Shown here piece after piece: positions 12,063 through 27,939 of a DNA stretch of 64,000 nucleotides. The stretch comes from Eledone cirrhosa. Lineage: Eukaryota. The notes under the pieces are model-generated. The model saw only the letters and a list, made by a program, of their open reading frames with translations, ran no database searches and was not told where the DNA came from. Position numbers and translations under genes: made by a program. The first letter of the stretch is position 1, and each line of letters opens with the position of its first letter. The DNA lies in contig OZ024743.1 of assembly GCA_964016885.1 (NCBI GenBank), positions 285,262,001-285,326,000 of the forward strand. The letters run 5' to 3'.

Positions 12063-13117
12063 TTGCTCATCATTATCATTTGTCATATTTCCCTTGTATA
12101 AAACCCAACACTTCACATAATTAAAAGAAACTGAAATTGCAAGATATATTGCCTCAAGTAATGCTTCATTTCTCAAAATGAAGCATTACATACATTGTCA
12201 ATAACAGGTGAGTAGTAAAAAATATTTATATTTTATTTGAAAATGTGTGAATCCTAAACACAAAATAACTTTTATCCAATCTTTTCATTGTGGCACCAGT
12301 TTCTTCTTTGAATGGATCCTATTACAAACACTGCTACTGTTTACATTTTCATGATATATAAAAATATTTGTATATTAATCCCAAATCGAAATGACTAGGC
12401 AAGTTGTCTTTCACCACGAAAGTAATTCAAATATTGGTGTTCTTGCCTGAAATATTTCTGAATAACTTGACCAGCTGTATTGTCATATAATGCTGATTAT
12501 AATCAATTATTGGTGTTTGATGATGAAAATATTCACCTCAGTCAATATATATCATCAGTTGATCTATAATATATGACAACACCATTGGTCAAAAGACTCT
12601 GAAATATTCTGATTGGATCACAAATATATTTAAATTTAGTCATACATAATGTTAATAAAATATTAATAAGTCACAACTTTTAGACTATAGGTTTCGATTT
12701 CAAATCCTCTGTTGGTATTCCATTTAATTATATGTATTCCTTTGCTTAATTTCCTTTACTTACTATGTGTCCCAGTATAAGTAACTCTTGGGAATTGATA
12801 CCAGGTTGTTTTAACCCTATGATATCAACCTGCCTAAAACTGTCTCTGTTTCTATGAAACAAAACCACTCGTTTTAAAGGGTTCTTACTTAAAATCTTTG
12901 AACATAATTTGATATAAGAACATTGTTAAGTTACAAATACTAAGTAATGGAAGGGTTAGAATGTTACCTGTAATTGACTGGTACCCTATCTAGGATGGAA
13001 TGTTTTTTTCATTTTTCATATAGTGTGAAACAAGTGTTTTGCACTGGACATTTATATACTACTCAGAGCCTTTTCAGATAATTACATTTTTAAACATTAA
13101 TTTATTGTTTTCAACAG

Positions 13118-13315
13118 GTGCAAACTTGGAGTATGTGAAAACTGAGAAGATGGGTGCAAAAAGTAATGTTGGTGTCATTACGTTAAACAGACCTAAATCA
13201 TTGAATGCCTTATGTGATGGTCTGATCAATGAAGTAAACCAGACAATAGGTGAATTTGATGCTGACCCTACTATTGGGTGCATAATTTTAACTGGTTCTG
13301 GAAAAGCATTTGCAG
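13118..13315 (+). CDS. ECHS1: ECHS1 exon 2
   Basis: Acceptor ttttcaacag|; [37 protein letters not shown]...[10 protein letters not shown]; donor G|gtaaac. Confidence 0.97.
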
Positions 13316-16300
13316 GTAAACTATTGCAGTCTTTCATTGTCGTCATCATCGTCATCAACTCCACCATTGCTACCACCTCCTCCCACTGTTGAACAGTAAT
13401 AAAACTCTTAATTCATGCCTCTTGCTAGATAAACCTGACATCTAGCTTCTCTTCTATTCCTGGCCTTCCAGACTAACCATACCTATCTCTTAACTTTTAT
13501 TGCTTGTCTATAGAATTGTTCCACCACTATATCTCCTTCAGTCTAGCTGGTATCTTGCCCCAACCACCGATTTATTCTATGGCCCTCAGTAAATTGTCAC
13601 CGGAATTTTCAGTTGTACTCTGTTCTAGTATATTAATTCCTCATCCTCCTTGTCAAGAGCCTCATCTAGTATATCTCTAAACCTCTAGCTGTTTCATGGC
13701 TCTTTCTTTGTTATATTTTGTAAAGATTGGTTTTAACCAGACCAAATCAGCCATTGTCCTCCCACTGTTAAATAAAGGCTTTCTCTTTTTTTCTCCATAA
13801 GTTTCAGCTTTGGATGCCCGATCTCCAATTTTTGTCAAATCTGTCCTGTTTGTCACTCCATCTTGTTCCTTATTGCAATCTCTCAGCTTTTTCATCTATT
13901 TATTGTCACTCATCCTCAGGATGTGTCCAGCCTAACTTCCTTTCAATGATTTTATGAACTTTACAGTGCAATTTAGTTTTTTGTTTTCAGATTCATTTCA
14001 CTATTTTATGTCCTTTTTTAAAAATCTTATTCTGAACATAGTGTGTTTCATGAGCATGTGGGCCTATTTTTGGCTTACTCTCTCATTAGGTTCCATTGAT
14101 TAACTCTCTCGTTAAATTCCATTGATTAATTTATCATCATCATCATCGTTTAACGTCCATTTTCCACATACAATAATTAACACATTTTTTTTTATTTTTT
14201 AAAGGAATGTTTTAAGATCTTAAAATACCACCATTAATGCAAGATTGTCAGATTTACAACATTAATCTACCATAAGCTTGGAATTTTGGTTGAATAAACT
14301 AGTAAATTTTTTTTTTTAGATAATTAAAAAATATTCTATGGGCAAAAACTAAGCTTGGCTGGTTTTGTATGGGGTTCCAGCCAGATCATTTGGAGACAGT
14401 TGCTTCTGACAGGACCTGTTGGAGTGTTTGAGGGCTCTGCCCCTATGACCCTCTTAGGAATAAGTGGGCAAAGAAGAAGAAATATGTGAAGAGAAGGAAT
14501 ATTTATCACCTTGTGCAGGGCAAAGTTCATCATCAGATATAGCGATTAGTTTCCCTGTAATTAGGTGATTAGCTTTACTGAATTTATAACAATGGCTGGC
14601 ATTCTTCTTCAGAGCCAGAAAATACTTCAGTTTCAACAACTCTACCCCTCTAGAAAACTCTGGTGGGACTCATATTGGAATACTATTTCCATATTTCTTG
14701 GTGCTGGTCCTCCTTCAGTTCCAACAATGTGTGTTCCAGTTGTTTGATCAATGGATTAACCTACTTGTGAAATTAATGTGCAAATGGCTGAGTATTCCAC
14801 AGGCACATACTCATAACATAGTACCAAGAGAGATTCTGTGTGACACAGTATGTGACAAACCTGGCAGGTATAATTCATTTTTGAAAACTCAGTGAACTGA
14901 AGCAATGTGAAATAACTGTCTTATTCAGGAACACAACACACATCTGGCAATTGGGGTTACTTTAAACAGTAAGCCACATGTCTTCCACATTTAGGACAAT
15001 GCTGATTAAGATAAAGTTACTTACCAACCTACTCCAGCATCATGGCCGTTCTGTTTCTTCCCTCCAAAGAGCCAAGACCCTTTCAGTGGTCTTGGCTCTT
15101 TGGAGCTAGTTGATCTCTGCTACTTCCACTCAGATACTTCTGACTAACTTGTATTTCTTTATCACTTATATTGTCCCTCACCTCATGCTACTGCAGACCC
15201 TGCACAAACCACTACACTCGGTTCTTTCTACCCAGAATGTTGGCTTTCTATAATTTCATCTTTGCCCATGTTTTTTTTACAGTGTTAACTTGCAACTATT
15301 TCAGAAGTGCAGGTGCCATGAAATGCACCCAGTACACTGTGTAATGTGGCTGGTGATAGGAAGGGTATCTAGCTGTAGTAACCATGCCAAAAAATGATTG
15401 AGAAGACTCTTCAATTGTGTTAAGAGCATCACAACCTTTCTGGTGTTGGTGGCATGATAAATGCACCCAATACACTCTGTAAAGTGGTTGGTGACAGGAA
15501 GGGCATCCAGCATAGAACAAAGGTTCAGGAAAACTTTTAGTCACGTGAAGGATATGACAACCTCCCTACTGCTGGTGTCATAATAAAATACACCTAGTGC
15601 ACTCTGTAGGGTACAGGAACATATGTATTTATGATGTACTTTGAAATTTTATTGATAATATGGTATTCATCTTCATTATTATTGGTTTAATATTTATTTT
15701 TTCACACTAAGGAAAAGAAAATGGGAGAGAGGCATATGTAAAAAGGGCAGAATTCACCCCACAGAAATTGCTCTTTGACAATTGTCTGCTTATGCAATGG
15801 TAAAAATTTGCTAACATTGCAGCTGGGGAAGAAATGAAACATAGATCATTTATTTATTTAAAAAATGCAAATAATATTTGGTGAAATACTACTCATTAGT
15901 TTAAAGGTCTTGGTCAGATACACAGACACGTAAATAGAGAAACAGATAGAAAGGTTGAACGATTGTCTGGCTGGCTACTCTTGGGTCCCAAATAAGAAGA
16001 GGTGGGGGGTCGATATTTTTTTCTAGGTTGCCTCCCTTGATTTTTTTTTAAAAACCAAAATTGGTTGTTTACATATTGAGACCTCAACATATCCTATTTT
16101 ATAATATATGAGGTTTTTTAATGTCTAAAAAAATTGTCACAGGAATGCTACCACTTAGAATAAAATTTCGTCGGAAATAGATTGGCAAAATTTAATAAGG
16201 CGGGGTGGTGAAAAAAATATGGAAAATTAATATAGCTGATTGAACTATTTTTAATGTTTTTAATTTATATTGTATTTTTGTGAAAAATAATGTTGGCTTC

Positions 16301-17026
16301 AGATATCTAATTGGCTAATCATTGGTTCACTGTATTTACAATGGTGAGAGTAACAAGGGTGCATTTTTGTAATTCTGGCAGAACAAATATCACAAGGAGC
16401 TTTATTTGAAAACACTGGTCTATCAATTTTATTGCTGATGTTTACATATTCTACCAATGTACATTGCTCAAAGTGATGCATGTGTGCAGTTGGGCTTTCA
16501 CTCAGTTTCCATCTACCAAATTCCACTCAAAAGGCATTAATCAACATGAAACTATGGTAGAAGACACCCAAAATGCTGTGCTGTGGGATTGAACTTGGAA
16601 CCACTTGGTTATGAAGTGATCTTCTTAGGCAATTAGCCATACACATTCATGTTTACTTAACTCCAAACCAATCCAATCCAGGGTTTTCTCAATCCTGTTG
16701 GAGGAACCCCTCCCTGGTTGATCTCCAATGCTTTCTGTTTGGTTTTGGTCATGTCAGGAGTATAGCCATACTCACCATGTTTGGCCAATTGCAGGTTGAT
16801 CTGGCTATTTTACCCATAATTGGGGGGGATGGCCATGGATTCTGAGGACTTCATCCACCCTTTTAACAGTTCTTGTTTCTTGTGCTGCTGGTGTTCCACT
16901 TATCCTCCTCATCTGACCAGGGTCTGGTGAGGGAGCTGGTTTAGTCGCTGACTACTCAACCAGTGAATATATTTATTTATTTAAATTTTACTAAATACAA
17001 AGTTGAATTTCTTTTTCGTTTTCAAG

Positions 17027-17154
17027 CTGGAGCTGATATCAAAGAAATGAAAGACCTGCAATTTTCTCACGTTATATCATCAAATTTCCTTGGTCATTGG
17101 GATAATGTCACCAAGGTGAAGAAACCTGTAATTGCTGCTGTAAATGGTTATGCT
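17027..17154 (+). CDS. ECHS1: ECHS1 exon 3
   Basis: Acceptor cgttttcaag|; [43 protein letters not shown]; donor |gtaagt. Confidence 0.97.
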
Positions 17155-19084
17155 GTAAGTCTTTTTATATACTTTTTTACTTTTTAGAATGAAATTAATA
17201 CTATTAATTTTATTGAAATGCAATTATAAATGAAACTATTTTGGGTGTGCTGCTAGTACACTGTTTCTATCCTTTGCACATTTTTTACATTATTTATAAA
17301 CATGTTGGTATTTTAAAAGGATGTCCAAGTTAACCTAGCTATAAATTACACCACATAATACTTCATTACTGTCATATATTACTAATACCAATTACCTCAT
17401 TGGATAGATATATAATTGCAACAGCTTTCTTTCTTCTTATCAAATTTATACATATATACTTTGAGAAATTTGTTATAAAATATCGGGGTCAAAATTGTGG
17501 GGCATCATTTTACTCGAGTGTAAAAAAATATTTTTTAATGCAACAAACCTGTGAAAATAAAAATAGCAAAGGCGGTATTCCTGAAACATCTATCAATTAA
17601 TGTATACACTTTATTACCTGTAACTATGAAACACTATATACACAGCTAATACATCTGATTGTAATTTGTTAATTTTTGTTAATATGCTGGCAATGTGCTG
17701 TTAAATACTCTGTTGTATATGTAAAAGATTACAGTTTAAAATATGAAAGCTACATCACTGACATATGCTAGTTGTGAAAAAATCTTCAGTATACACAGTT
17801 ATAATAAAAATATGGATGTGAAAAAATGGATGTATTGTTTACAGTGCAATATTTAAACTTGAAGTTATAGTATTTGCTGAAAAGAACAACCGCACAGTCA
17901 CTCTCAGAAATTTGGTTTTGTTTAGAATAACATTATTTTGTGGAGAAAGAACAAAACCCAACTACAAAAAATGCCAAACAGTAAACAATCTTTAATGGGG
18001 AGACAATGGATGAAGTAGAAAAAGCAGCAGGAGGTAATCTCAAATAGTGTGACCTTGCTACTATTACCACTTGGGTTAAAGTAACTTGAAAACTGTGGCA
18101 CAGGTTAAAGGTGATTTTTTTTTAATCTGTGCTACAGTTTTTGTTCAATTGTTTTTCAGCAAATGTTACTAAGAAAAAGCAAGAATCATGTCAGCTTTAG
18201 TATTTGTTTATTTGTTTTTATATTTGTTTCTTAAAAAATAAAAATAACTATGATTGTATTTGGTTGGCACATTATATAAGAGAATAAAATATATTACCAA
18301 TTTTTTGCTACAAAAAGTTGGGGTTGTATTATATTCAAGATTGCACTGTACATGAGTAATTACATTAACTTCATTCTAAAAAGGTCCTTAGTATTTGCAA
18401 CCTTACAATGGATATGTAAAAGATAATTTTCATCAGCTTAATTTATCATTCATAACTTTCATTAGAAATTTATGAATGAATAAATTAAACAGAGAAGAAA
18501 AGTGGGACACAAATTTATCAATCTCAATCACAGCTTTCAAATATTTTTGATATTTATAGAGTAAATATCAAAATTTATAGTGTAAGATTTACATAATGTG
18601 GAGAGAAAGGAGTTGCATGTGATCCATTGAATGTGTGACAAGCTTGCTTGAAAAGGGAAGTACAAGCAAACTGAAAAGGTAGAGACAACTGAGCATAAAT
18701 CTCTTGGCTGAGGAGTGTAGACAGCTGAACATAAATGTCTTGGTTGCAATACATGAGACACAAATTTATGTTACCTGATAAGTGAAAAGTGTTATAAGTT
18801 GTATGTACATTGGATAAGTCAGTTTCCTGAAGATATTTAGGCTAGATATCAGTTGCATTGATCTGACTAGTTTGAAAGGTCATAGAAAGTTTTTCCACAT
18901 TGTCCTCCTCTGCTGACTAACTTTTAAAAAGAAAGTTAGCATATCACCATTTTCTAAGATCCCGTCATCTTGTCTGTATGGCCAACCTATTTAGATCTGT
19001 CCTCATCACTTCTTATTTAAATTAGTCTGTATTCTCATTTTCTTTTCACTAAGGATGGATCACTCACTGACATTATATGTTTAA

Positions 19085-19305
19085 CCCTTTAGCATTCACA
19101 TTACTCTATATTTACTATTGCATTTTTGTGGTAAAGGCTTTTTCTCACATAATTATCCCACATAATATCCACTCTATGAGATTTTGATATTATTTATTTT
19201 AAGAACAATACTTTAACATCAGTATAAGTGGCTGGTTACAGCCAGTTTGAACAGAGAGAGGTGAGAGAATTCTGGCCGGATATGGCCAGTTTAAATGCTT
19301 AAGAG
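19085..19305. mobile_element. piggyBac-type MITE
   Basis: TTAA TSD; TIR CCCTTTAGCATT with a degenerate right end. Confidence 0.75.
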
Positions 19306-19709
19306 TTAATCATCTTTCATGCATGTAAATGCCTTTCATGCTTGATATTTTATCAACTCAACAGTGCTCAGTTTTTTTTATCAATGTTAAACAATTTTCA
19401 AATCACTAAACATTTGTATTTACTACTTGTGTCTTGTTGAGGGAATGCATGCCACTTTCATAAGACAAGAAAAGATTTTAATAGGATCAAGAATTGTTTG
19501 TTTTTTTAAATGTTGAAGATATATAAGCAAGTGTTGCAAAGAGAATAGAAGTGTTTGTTGGTTCTTTTGAAAAGTGTGTCTGATCAATTGTTTGGGAGTG
19601 ACAAGCTTGCATTGTGCTATGATTTATATGGCATATGAATGAAAGTCTTTTAGTGCAGTTATGGAATCCTCATAGTTAATGCACTAAAAAATATGGGGTA
19701 ATGAAAGTA

Positions 19710-19900
19710 TGCAGGTGAGCTGAAAAGTTCATAGGCTGACCATATGCTCATGGAATAACCAAACGAGGTTTATTTTTCAACATAGTCACTGGAAAGAAAC
19801 AATGCAATTATTAAGAAAAATTGAAATTAATGCATGCAAGATTTCACAGCTCTAGCTTCATTCCTTCTATGAACTTTTCTATGAACTTTTCAGCCCACCA
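19710..19900. mobile_element. Mariner-type MITE, same family
   Basis: GCTGAAAAGTTCATAG ... CTATGAACTTTTCAGC. Confidence 0.75.
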
Positions 19901-22174
19901 GTTGTTCCTTGAAATATAGCTTTATACCTCGTAAAGACAAACAGCCTATGCTTAAAGGTGGGAGGAAGCTACACAAGCTGTTGATACCACTTCATGTCCA
20001 TGTTCCATACTTATTTTTAAATCTTTTAGCGAATTAAATTGAAATAATTATCATCATCACTGTTTAAAGTCTATTTTTCATGCTTGCATGGGCTGGACAA
20101 ACTATCACATACTGAGGATAAGCTGGTTAGGTGACCATATCTTGCTTGTATACTATGTTTTTGGCTTAGTTTCTATTGCTAGAAACCCTTCCTCATGGCA
20201 ACCACTTCATACAGTGTACTGGGTGATTTTTGTCGTGACACCAGCTTTATTGCCTTACAATGTGGACTGATTGCTTTTTGTTGTAGCACAAATTTTACCC
20301 CCTTATAGGGTAGACTGGGTGCTTTACAATCTTACATGATGGATTGGGTGTTTTTTTTTTTGTTATGTACCACACACTACTGCTTTAGAGTGTGGACTGG
20401 ATGCTTCGCGTGACCTTGACCCAGCTAGGGAGGCATTGATGGGGGTGGTGAGGGATGTAAGAAATGAGAAGGGTGCAGGCTACATGCTGCTTGCTGGGTG
20501 AAAGTGGGAGTGGTCTTAGCAATTCAGATTAAAACAAATTTTAATTCAGTAAATGTTTTACTGACTGAAACTGTCAGAGATAGCAGATTGCTGTTATAAT
20601 AGCATGAAATTATCACACTCAGGTTGTTGGCAGCTATGGTACCCATTTTGAAGTCATTCCTATTCAAAGATAGTAATCTGTTGGGGTTTTTTTGGGGGGG
20701 GGGGGGGGGGGGTCATATTTTGAAATTTCATTTTCATGTTATATTAGCTGAAAATTTTAGGGATGCTGGGGTAATCAAACAAAAGGAATTTTAAAACACA
20801 AAATTAAAATAATCAATTTACATTTATTTTCTATGTTGAAATGAGTTAGATGGGTTTGTTATGGTTCAAGTCAGTTTTTATTTGAATTGACTACCCTCCT
20901 AGATGGGTCAGAAACCACATCTTGCTAATTCATTTATTTTTGGTATGTTTTCTATGTCTGGGTGTCCTCCCTTGTTACCAACTATTTTACAGAATCTGCT
21001 GGGTATGCTTTATCATAGAATTGGGCACTAGAGTCTCTAGTAGAGAGGTGGTCAATTCCTTATCATGGAATCTGTTCTATATGGTCTCTGTTCAAATACA
21101 ACTTTTCATAATGTACAAGGTGCACTTTTTGGTGGCACCAACACTAGAGAGCAATGTTCCCAACAACTGAGTGGAACATTTGATGCTTTGAGTTCAAAGC
21201 TACTGCAATGCAACATTTTGATGTGCATGGTACCAATACAGCAACAGTTAGTGGCACACTTGTGCAGCCTAGGGGGAATGTTTATAGAAAGATTGTCTTG
21301 ACTACTATATGGATGAGTCCTTTCCACTCTGTGTAGTCTCGTCTCATTCAAGGCAAGCCAAGAGCTGGAAGAGAGTATGATTATGTGTGAATGGGGAGAG
21401 GGTAACAGGGGAGAGAGAGAGGGTGACGGGAGAAAGAGAGGAGAGGACAATGGTAGCTACATGTTTGTTGTTAATGAGTAGAATGTTGAGTAGAAAACAG
21501 CATGAAGAAAGAACACAAGTGATGGATAGCAAAAGAAGTGTGAAGGTGAGATGGTTGATGGTAAGATTGGTAGATGTCAGCTTTGAGTTTCACGAGAGAG
21601 AGAGAGAGAATGGTGGTGGCAGTGGGTAATGATAGGGGTGAGTGATATTGAATATGGGTGATGGTAAATGAATGTGAATATAGACAGATCTGTTATTGGA
21701 TTAGAATGGTGATGAGGAGAGGTAGTGTTAATGATAAAAGGATTAGATACAGGCAGATCAGATGCACTCCCTTGTTAGTCAGTGTGGTATAGTGAATGGT
21801 ATATAGGGTGATAGATAAGAGGGTAGGGAATAGGGCAGCTGGTGGAAATTTAACTGGAGTATAGTGAGGCAGAGGCCTACTGGTATATTATACATCCCAA
21901 CCCCCATCATTTCCACCTTGCATGATTTCCAGCGCGTCACCAATTCAGTGTAAAAAAATTCAATTTTAAGTTTATAACATTTTTTTATATTATTGATAAA
22001 ATAATTTTACAAATTTTTAAAACATAATTTGAACTACTATATTTCCATATTTATGTGCAGTAATTGAATTCAGGATCATTTATCCTTTGTAAGGTCCAAG
22101 AGTTATTCATCAAAGCCAATAGAAGATTTTCTGTGATAATGCAATCTGCTAGAGATAACAGGCAACTATCCTTC

Positions 22175-22866
22175 AAAATTGTCAAGAGGGCCGAGGGTGT
22201 CTTAGCATCACTCAGCAAGACCTTTGTCAGCTGCTCTCCAGCTATTTATTTAAAGCTGTACATGGCTATGGTGCGGCCACACTTAGAATTTGCATCACCA
22301 GTCTGGAACCCCTATCTTGCTCAGAACATTGACCGCCTGGAAACTGTTCAGATACGTGCAACCAAGCGAATACCCTCCATCAGGCATCTACCATACTCTG
22401 AACGCCTTACTTCCCTGGGCATGGATACATTGAAGCTCCGACGCCTGGCAACTGACTTGGTAAACACACACAAGATTATTAACCATCTTGCCAACAACAA
22501 CCCTGAGTACCTTTTTGATTTCCATGTGTCTAACACGCGTGGGCATGCCCACAAAGTCAGAAAAAAGGAAAATTTCCATGACTTTCGGAAACAATTTTTC
22601 ACGCTCAGAGTTGCTGAAGCATGGAACAAACTACCTGCATCAGTTGTTAGCTGTCGAAACACTGCATCCTTTAAAACCTCCATGCTTCCTGAGATTCGCC
22701 AACACTACACCTAATGTTCCCCCTCCATACACATACACATATGTATATCATGACTCATACACTATTCACTTCCCTGACATTTGTGTATTATTCTATGTAC
22801 TATACATGCACCTTTGACGAGTTGTAGTGCACCTGAGCACTTTACACAATAATTTCATTATTATTA
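22175..22866 (+). mobile_element. 5'-truncated CR1-like LINE (ORF2 C-terminus, 3' UTR, (ATT)n tail)
   Basis: LYMAMVRPHLEFASPVWNPY...LETVQ.RATK...TRGH...FFTLRVAEAWNKLP. Confidence 0.92.
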
Positions 22867-23398
22867 AATCACACCCTCCCATCTTATGGGTGAAGTTCAT
22901 TGAATAATGTAGTACTTGATACACTATCCCTTAAAAAACAGGTTGAATGTTTTTGATCCTGTGTATCTACTGGATTAAGATTGACATAAAACTAAATAAG
23001 AAGATCATGTGTATTCATCTTTATCAATTTAAGTAGTATATAAATAAGGTTGAACTTGTTAGTTGTATTAATTTATGTTCCTGATTAGTGCAATATGGAA
23101 AGCTTCTATTATTTTCAACTGTGGTTTAAGCATTTCAGTACAGAATTTCAGATTTCTATTAAATTTTGTTTGTGAATTGTAATTTTTGTTTTATGATAAA
23201 ACAACTCACTTTAACCAATTTGAAATTACAAAGAGTAAACAAAAAATATGAATATATAAAATAGAAAATTTAAATCTAAATTTTTGTTGCTGATTTTTTT
23301 TAAAAAATCCGAATGTTTTATATTTATTCATCTTTGTTATATTTGTTTTTTTTAAAGATAGTGGAATGTCTCACTGTTCTATCAAATGTTTCTTCTAG

Positions 23399-23521
<123 letters not shown>

Positions 23522-23557
23522 TAGTTCTCATTTTCTATCTCTTATTCTCCATTTCTT

Positions 23558-24505
23558 ATAATAATAATGAAATTATTGTGTAAAGTGCTCAGGTGCACTA
23601 CAACTCGTCAAAGGTGTATGTATAGTACATAGAATAATACACAAATGTCAGGGAAGTGAATAGTGTATGAGTCATGGTATACATGTGTGTATGTGTATGG
23701 AGGGGGAACATTAGGTTTAGTGTTGGTGGATCTCAGGAAGCATGGAGGCCTTAAAGGATGCATTGTCTCGACAGCTAACAACCGATGCAGGTAGTTTGTT
23801 CCATGCTTCAGCAACTCTGAACGTGAAAAAATGTTTCCGAAAGTCATGGGAACTGTGCTGTTTTCTGACTTTGTGGGCATGTCCACGCGTGTTAGACGCA
23901 TGGAAATCAAAAAGGTACTCAGGGTTGTTGTTGGCAAGATGGTTAATAATTTTGTGGGTGTTTACCAAGTCAGTTGCCAGGCGTCGGAGCTTCAATGTAT
24001 CCATGCCCAGGGAAGCAAGGCGCTCAGAGTATGGTAGATGCCTGATGGAGGGTATTCGCTTGGTTGCACGTCTCTGAACAGTTTCCAGGCGGTCAATGTT
24101 CTGAGCAATATAGGGGTTCCAGACTGGTGATGCAAATTCTAAGTGTGGCCGCACCATAGCCATGTACAGCCTTAAATAGATAGCTGGAGAGCGGCTGACA
24201 AAGGTCTTGCTGAGTGATGCTAAGACACCCTCGGCCCTCTTGACAATTTTAGAGACGTGCTTCGTTCAACGCAAATCACTGCTGAACGTAATGCCCAGGT
24301 CACGTTCACAAGAAGACTTCTTGATATTAGTGCTGTGGAGGGAGTATGTGGACGCTGCGTTTTTACTCCCAAAATGCATGGTGGTGCACTTGTCCACAGC
24401 TAGCTTGAGTTGCCAGTCTGAGATCCATTGTTGCATTGTGTCCAGGTCAGACTGCAAGCAGGATCTATAGTGTTCAGGATCTGTCCTTTTTATCTCAAAG
24501 TACAT
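23558..24505 (-). mobile_element. 5'-truncated CR1-like LINE, same family, inverted
   Basis: LQSDLD...WQLKLAVDKC...ERDLGITFSSDL and VRPHLEFASPVWNP...AWNKLP; same 3' UTR and tail as 22175-22866. Confidence 0.92.
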
Positions 24506-26367
24506 TTTCCTTCTCTATTTAAAAAGAATGCCAACATCACCAGACACACCACAAATGTAAACAATAATAAAATTCATCAAAATATAGTTTGAGTTGTCAT
24601 GGTCTGAGTCGGTTCTTATTCAAAGTTACTGCTCTCTTGAATGGGTTAGACAGCCATGTCTTGCTTGTACATACCATTTTTCACATGGTTTCTATGGCTG
24701 GATGACTTTCCTAATATCAACTGCTCTACAGGGTGTATTGGGTGTATTTTATTGTGGCATCAGAACTAGAGAGACTCATGTCCTCAACATGACTAAAACG
24801 TCTGTTCTACTCTACATTGTCAATGTTCAATTGCCGACCACTTTACAAAGTATTCTGGGTACATTTAACACTAGAGATGTGACTTTGTCTCCACTACTTG
24901 TAACAGTCCTCATTACTTTATGTTGTCTCCATTCTACACCCATTTTAACACTTCATCCTTCAACTTAATGTTTCAGAACAACAAACAAAAAGAAAAACTT
25001 GAGGCATTGATTTGGCATTTTATGATATTGATATTTATTTACAGAAATATGGAAAAATTCTAGCAAAGCATCCTCTTCATTTTAACTAACTCACAAGGTT
25101 GTCAGATTCAGACATATTTCTATATCAGCCCTACATCTTAACATGTATTGACTTCTACTCTGATTAATGATCTTCCTGGTCCCTGAACTGTGAAAACATC
25201 ATCATTGTTTTTACACCTGCTTTTTCGATGTTGACATGGATAGGTTGGGGCTTTTTGAGTCAGTATTTTATTACCTAATGCCAACCCATACTTTGTTTTT
25301 ATGTATGATATATACTGCTCACCATTGCTAAGCTGCAGGACATAAACAATGTCTCATTGCTTACTTAAATTATATCTATTGCTTAAAGTATGAAGATGCA
25401 TGCAAAGATACACACATACATACATACATACATACATGCATGTGTGCATGTGAATATGTGTATATTATTCGCTTATATAGATTGGTGAAGGATGTAAACA
25501 TCACTCAGTAATTAGCATATTGGAAATCTATAACCAGTGTCAGTTGTTCACAAAATGCTATATAAAATAATAAATATATAAATGACCATAGTGAGATAAA
25601 AGGAGAGTTGATGACCTCAGCAGGGTTTGAACTGAGAATGTAAAGGGATGAAACTATACTTTAATGTGCTTTCCTTATTTTGAATTGTATTACTTATATC
25701 ATACAGACCCCTTTATGTTATCAAAGAATTTATCATCAGCAGCACGAACATCAGATTGTCCCTTTGTCTTTAAAAATATTGTAGACAGACTCTGTTGCTG
25801 GTATATCCAGGTTGTGTGCCTGATCCTGCTGCAGGGCACTTTGGACAATTGTCTCCTATCATAACCTTAGTTTAACCCAAGCCTTGTCAGTGAAACTGGG
25901 TAAACAGAAATTATGCAGAAGCCTTTTGAAATAAATTTAGCTGTTCCTGGATGCTAAGTTTAACACCACCACTTGACTTGAGCGTTAGGATGTCTGTAGT
26001 GGAATCCACTCTGTTGCAAGCCTTTGGAGCATGTTTAATAATAGATAACTTAATATTTCAATGTGCTTCTTCCTTCTACAGCAACTCCTGAGTTGTAATT
26101 TCTTCCTCCCTTTCTCCTACCAGTCCTAGAGACCTTGCAACAAGGTTATGGGCTCTATCTGTCTTTCTGCCTAAGCCATAAAAAAAATTAAGATATCCTT
26201 CCATCTATCTTAAAGATATTGAGGCTGAAATAAAACAGATAGGAAGATTGTTAGACACAGATTTGTCTCTATTGTTATTTCAATTGCAGGTAAGACTTAA
26301 GAATAAAGTATATTTATGGTAACTCGAGGTTATTACATAGACAAAGAAATGGAAAATCTGATCATAA

Positions 26368-26580
<213 letters not shown>

Positions 26581-27746
26581 TAAAGTGGTTGACACCTCAC
26601 ACTTTCAATGTCTTCTTATTCTGATAGGAAAACAAAACAAAATGCACTATCATATAGCCATGTAAGTAAGAAGTTTGCTTTGCAACTACATGGTTCCTGG
26701 TTCAATCTCACTGCACAGTATCTTGAAAAAGTGTCTTCAACAGTAGCCTTGATAGTGAAATTTGGTGAGCAAAAACAGTGCGTTATGTTTTATACCTTTA
26801 CATCAAAAGGTAACTGAGCTTTTGATAAACAGAGATCGATAAAATAAATACCAGACAAAACTAAATGCTGGTGTCAATATGATCAACTAAAAACCTTTGC
26901 AGGTGGTACTCTTGCATGGATACAATCCAGTAATTGAAATCAGTAAAAGAATTGTACAAGGCCAATCTAACTGCACTTATAAAACAGGAAAACAAATAAT
27001 TTGAATAAGTACAACATGGATGATTGGAGAATACTTAACATTGTTGTATAATCTAGAGGCACTCAGTTTAATAATGGTTTCTGATTTAGGCACAAGGCCA
27101 CAATTTGGGGGGAGGGGAAAGTTGATTAAATCGACCCTCAGTATGTTATTGGCACTTTATTTTGTTGACCCTATAAAGACGAAAAGCAAAGCTCAGTTTA
27201 ATAATGGAAGATCTTTGAAAAACGAGTGACAGCCTGTTTAATTGTATTTCTTCTCTTCCTGTCACCATTATTGTATCTCATTTCCAGACCTTACATTAAA
27301 CATTTTACCCACTCCTTCTCCATAACTATAACTCTTTAGAACTGTCTCCCAGTCTTGTATTTTATACAGATGCTGCTCTATAGATGTTCAAGCAAAACAC
27401 AAATTATATCTCATCAATTTGAGAGGGCCTGTAAAGATCAAGGGTACTTCCCCTTATCTGATTATCTTATCTCCTTATAATATATAACCAGCAATTTCTC
27501 TGTCTGTCTGTCTGACAGTGGAAACACGTGCGCGCGTGGTTGCTATCTCTCTCTCTCTCTCTCCAGCTATCCCTGTCTTTTAGTCTGTCTGTTTCTTTCA
27601 CTCTCACTCTTTCGCTTTGTAACACACTAACATTCCTCCCCTCTATCGCTGTGATGAATGGGGAGATGGAGGAGGAGGAGAGAGTCACTTCGTCACTTCA
27701 CCTCTGCTTTTCTTTCTCTCACTCCCTCGTTACGTACAGACACTAG

Positions 27747-27939
27747 GGCGGTGGATTGGCAGAATCTGTAGAGAGTCGGACACCATGCTTCATAGCATGG
27801 AGTTACGTCCCTTTACGGTCTGAGTTCAAATACCGCCGAGGTTAACTTTGCCTTTCATCGTCACGGGGTCGATAAAATAAAGTACCAGTAATGTACTGGG
27901 TAATTGCTGGCCTTGTGCCAAAAGTAGAAACAATTATTA
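27747..27939 (+). mobile_element. Same SINE family
   Basis: Head, core and GGCCTTGTGCCAAAAGTAGAAAC tail are shared with the other copies. Confidence 0.85.

Noticed and set aside
22064-22714. 216-aa ORF as a host gene
   Set aside because: It is the CR1 ORF2 C-terminus fused by chance to intronic sequence.
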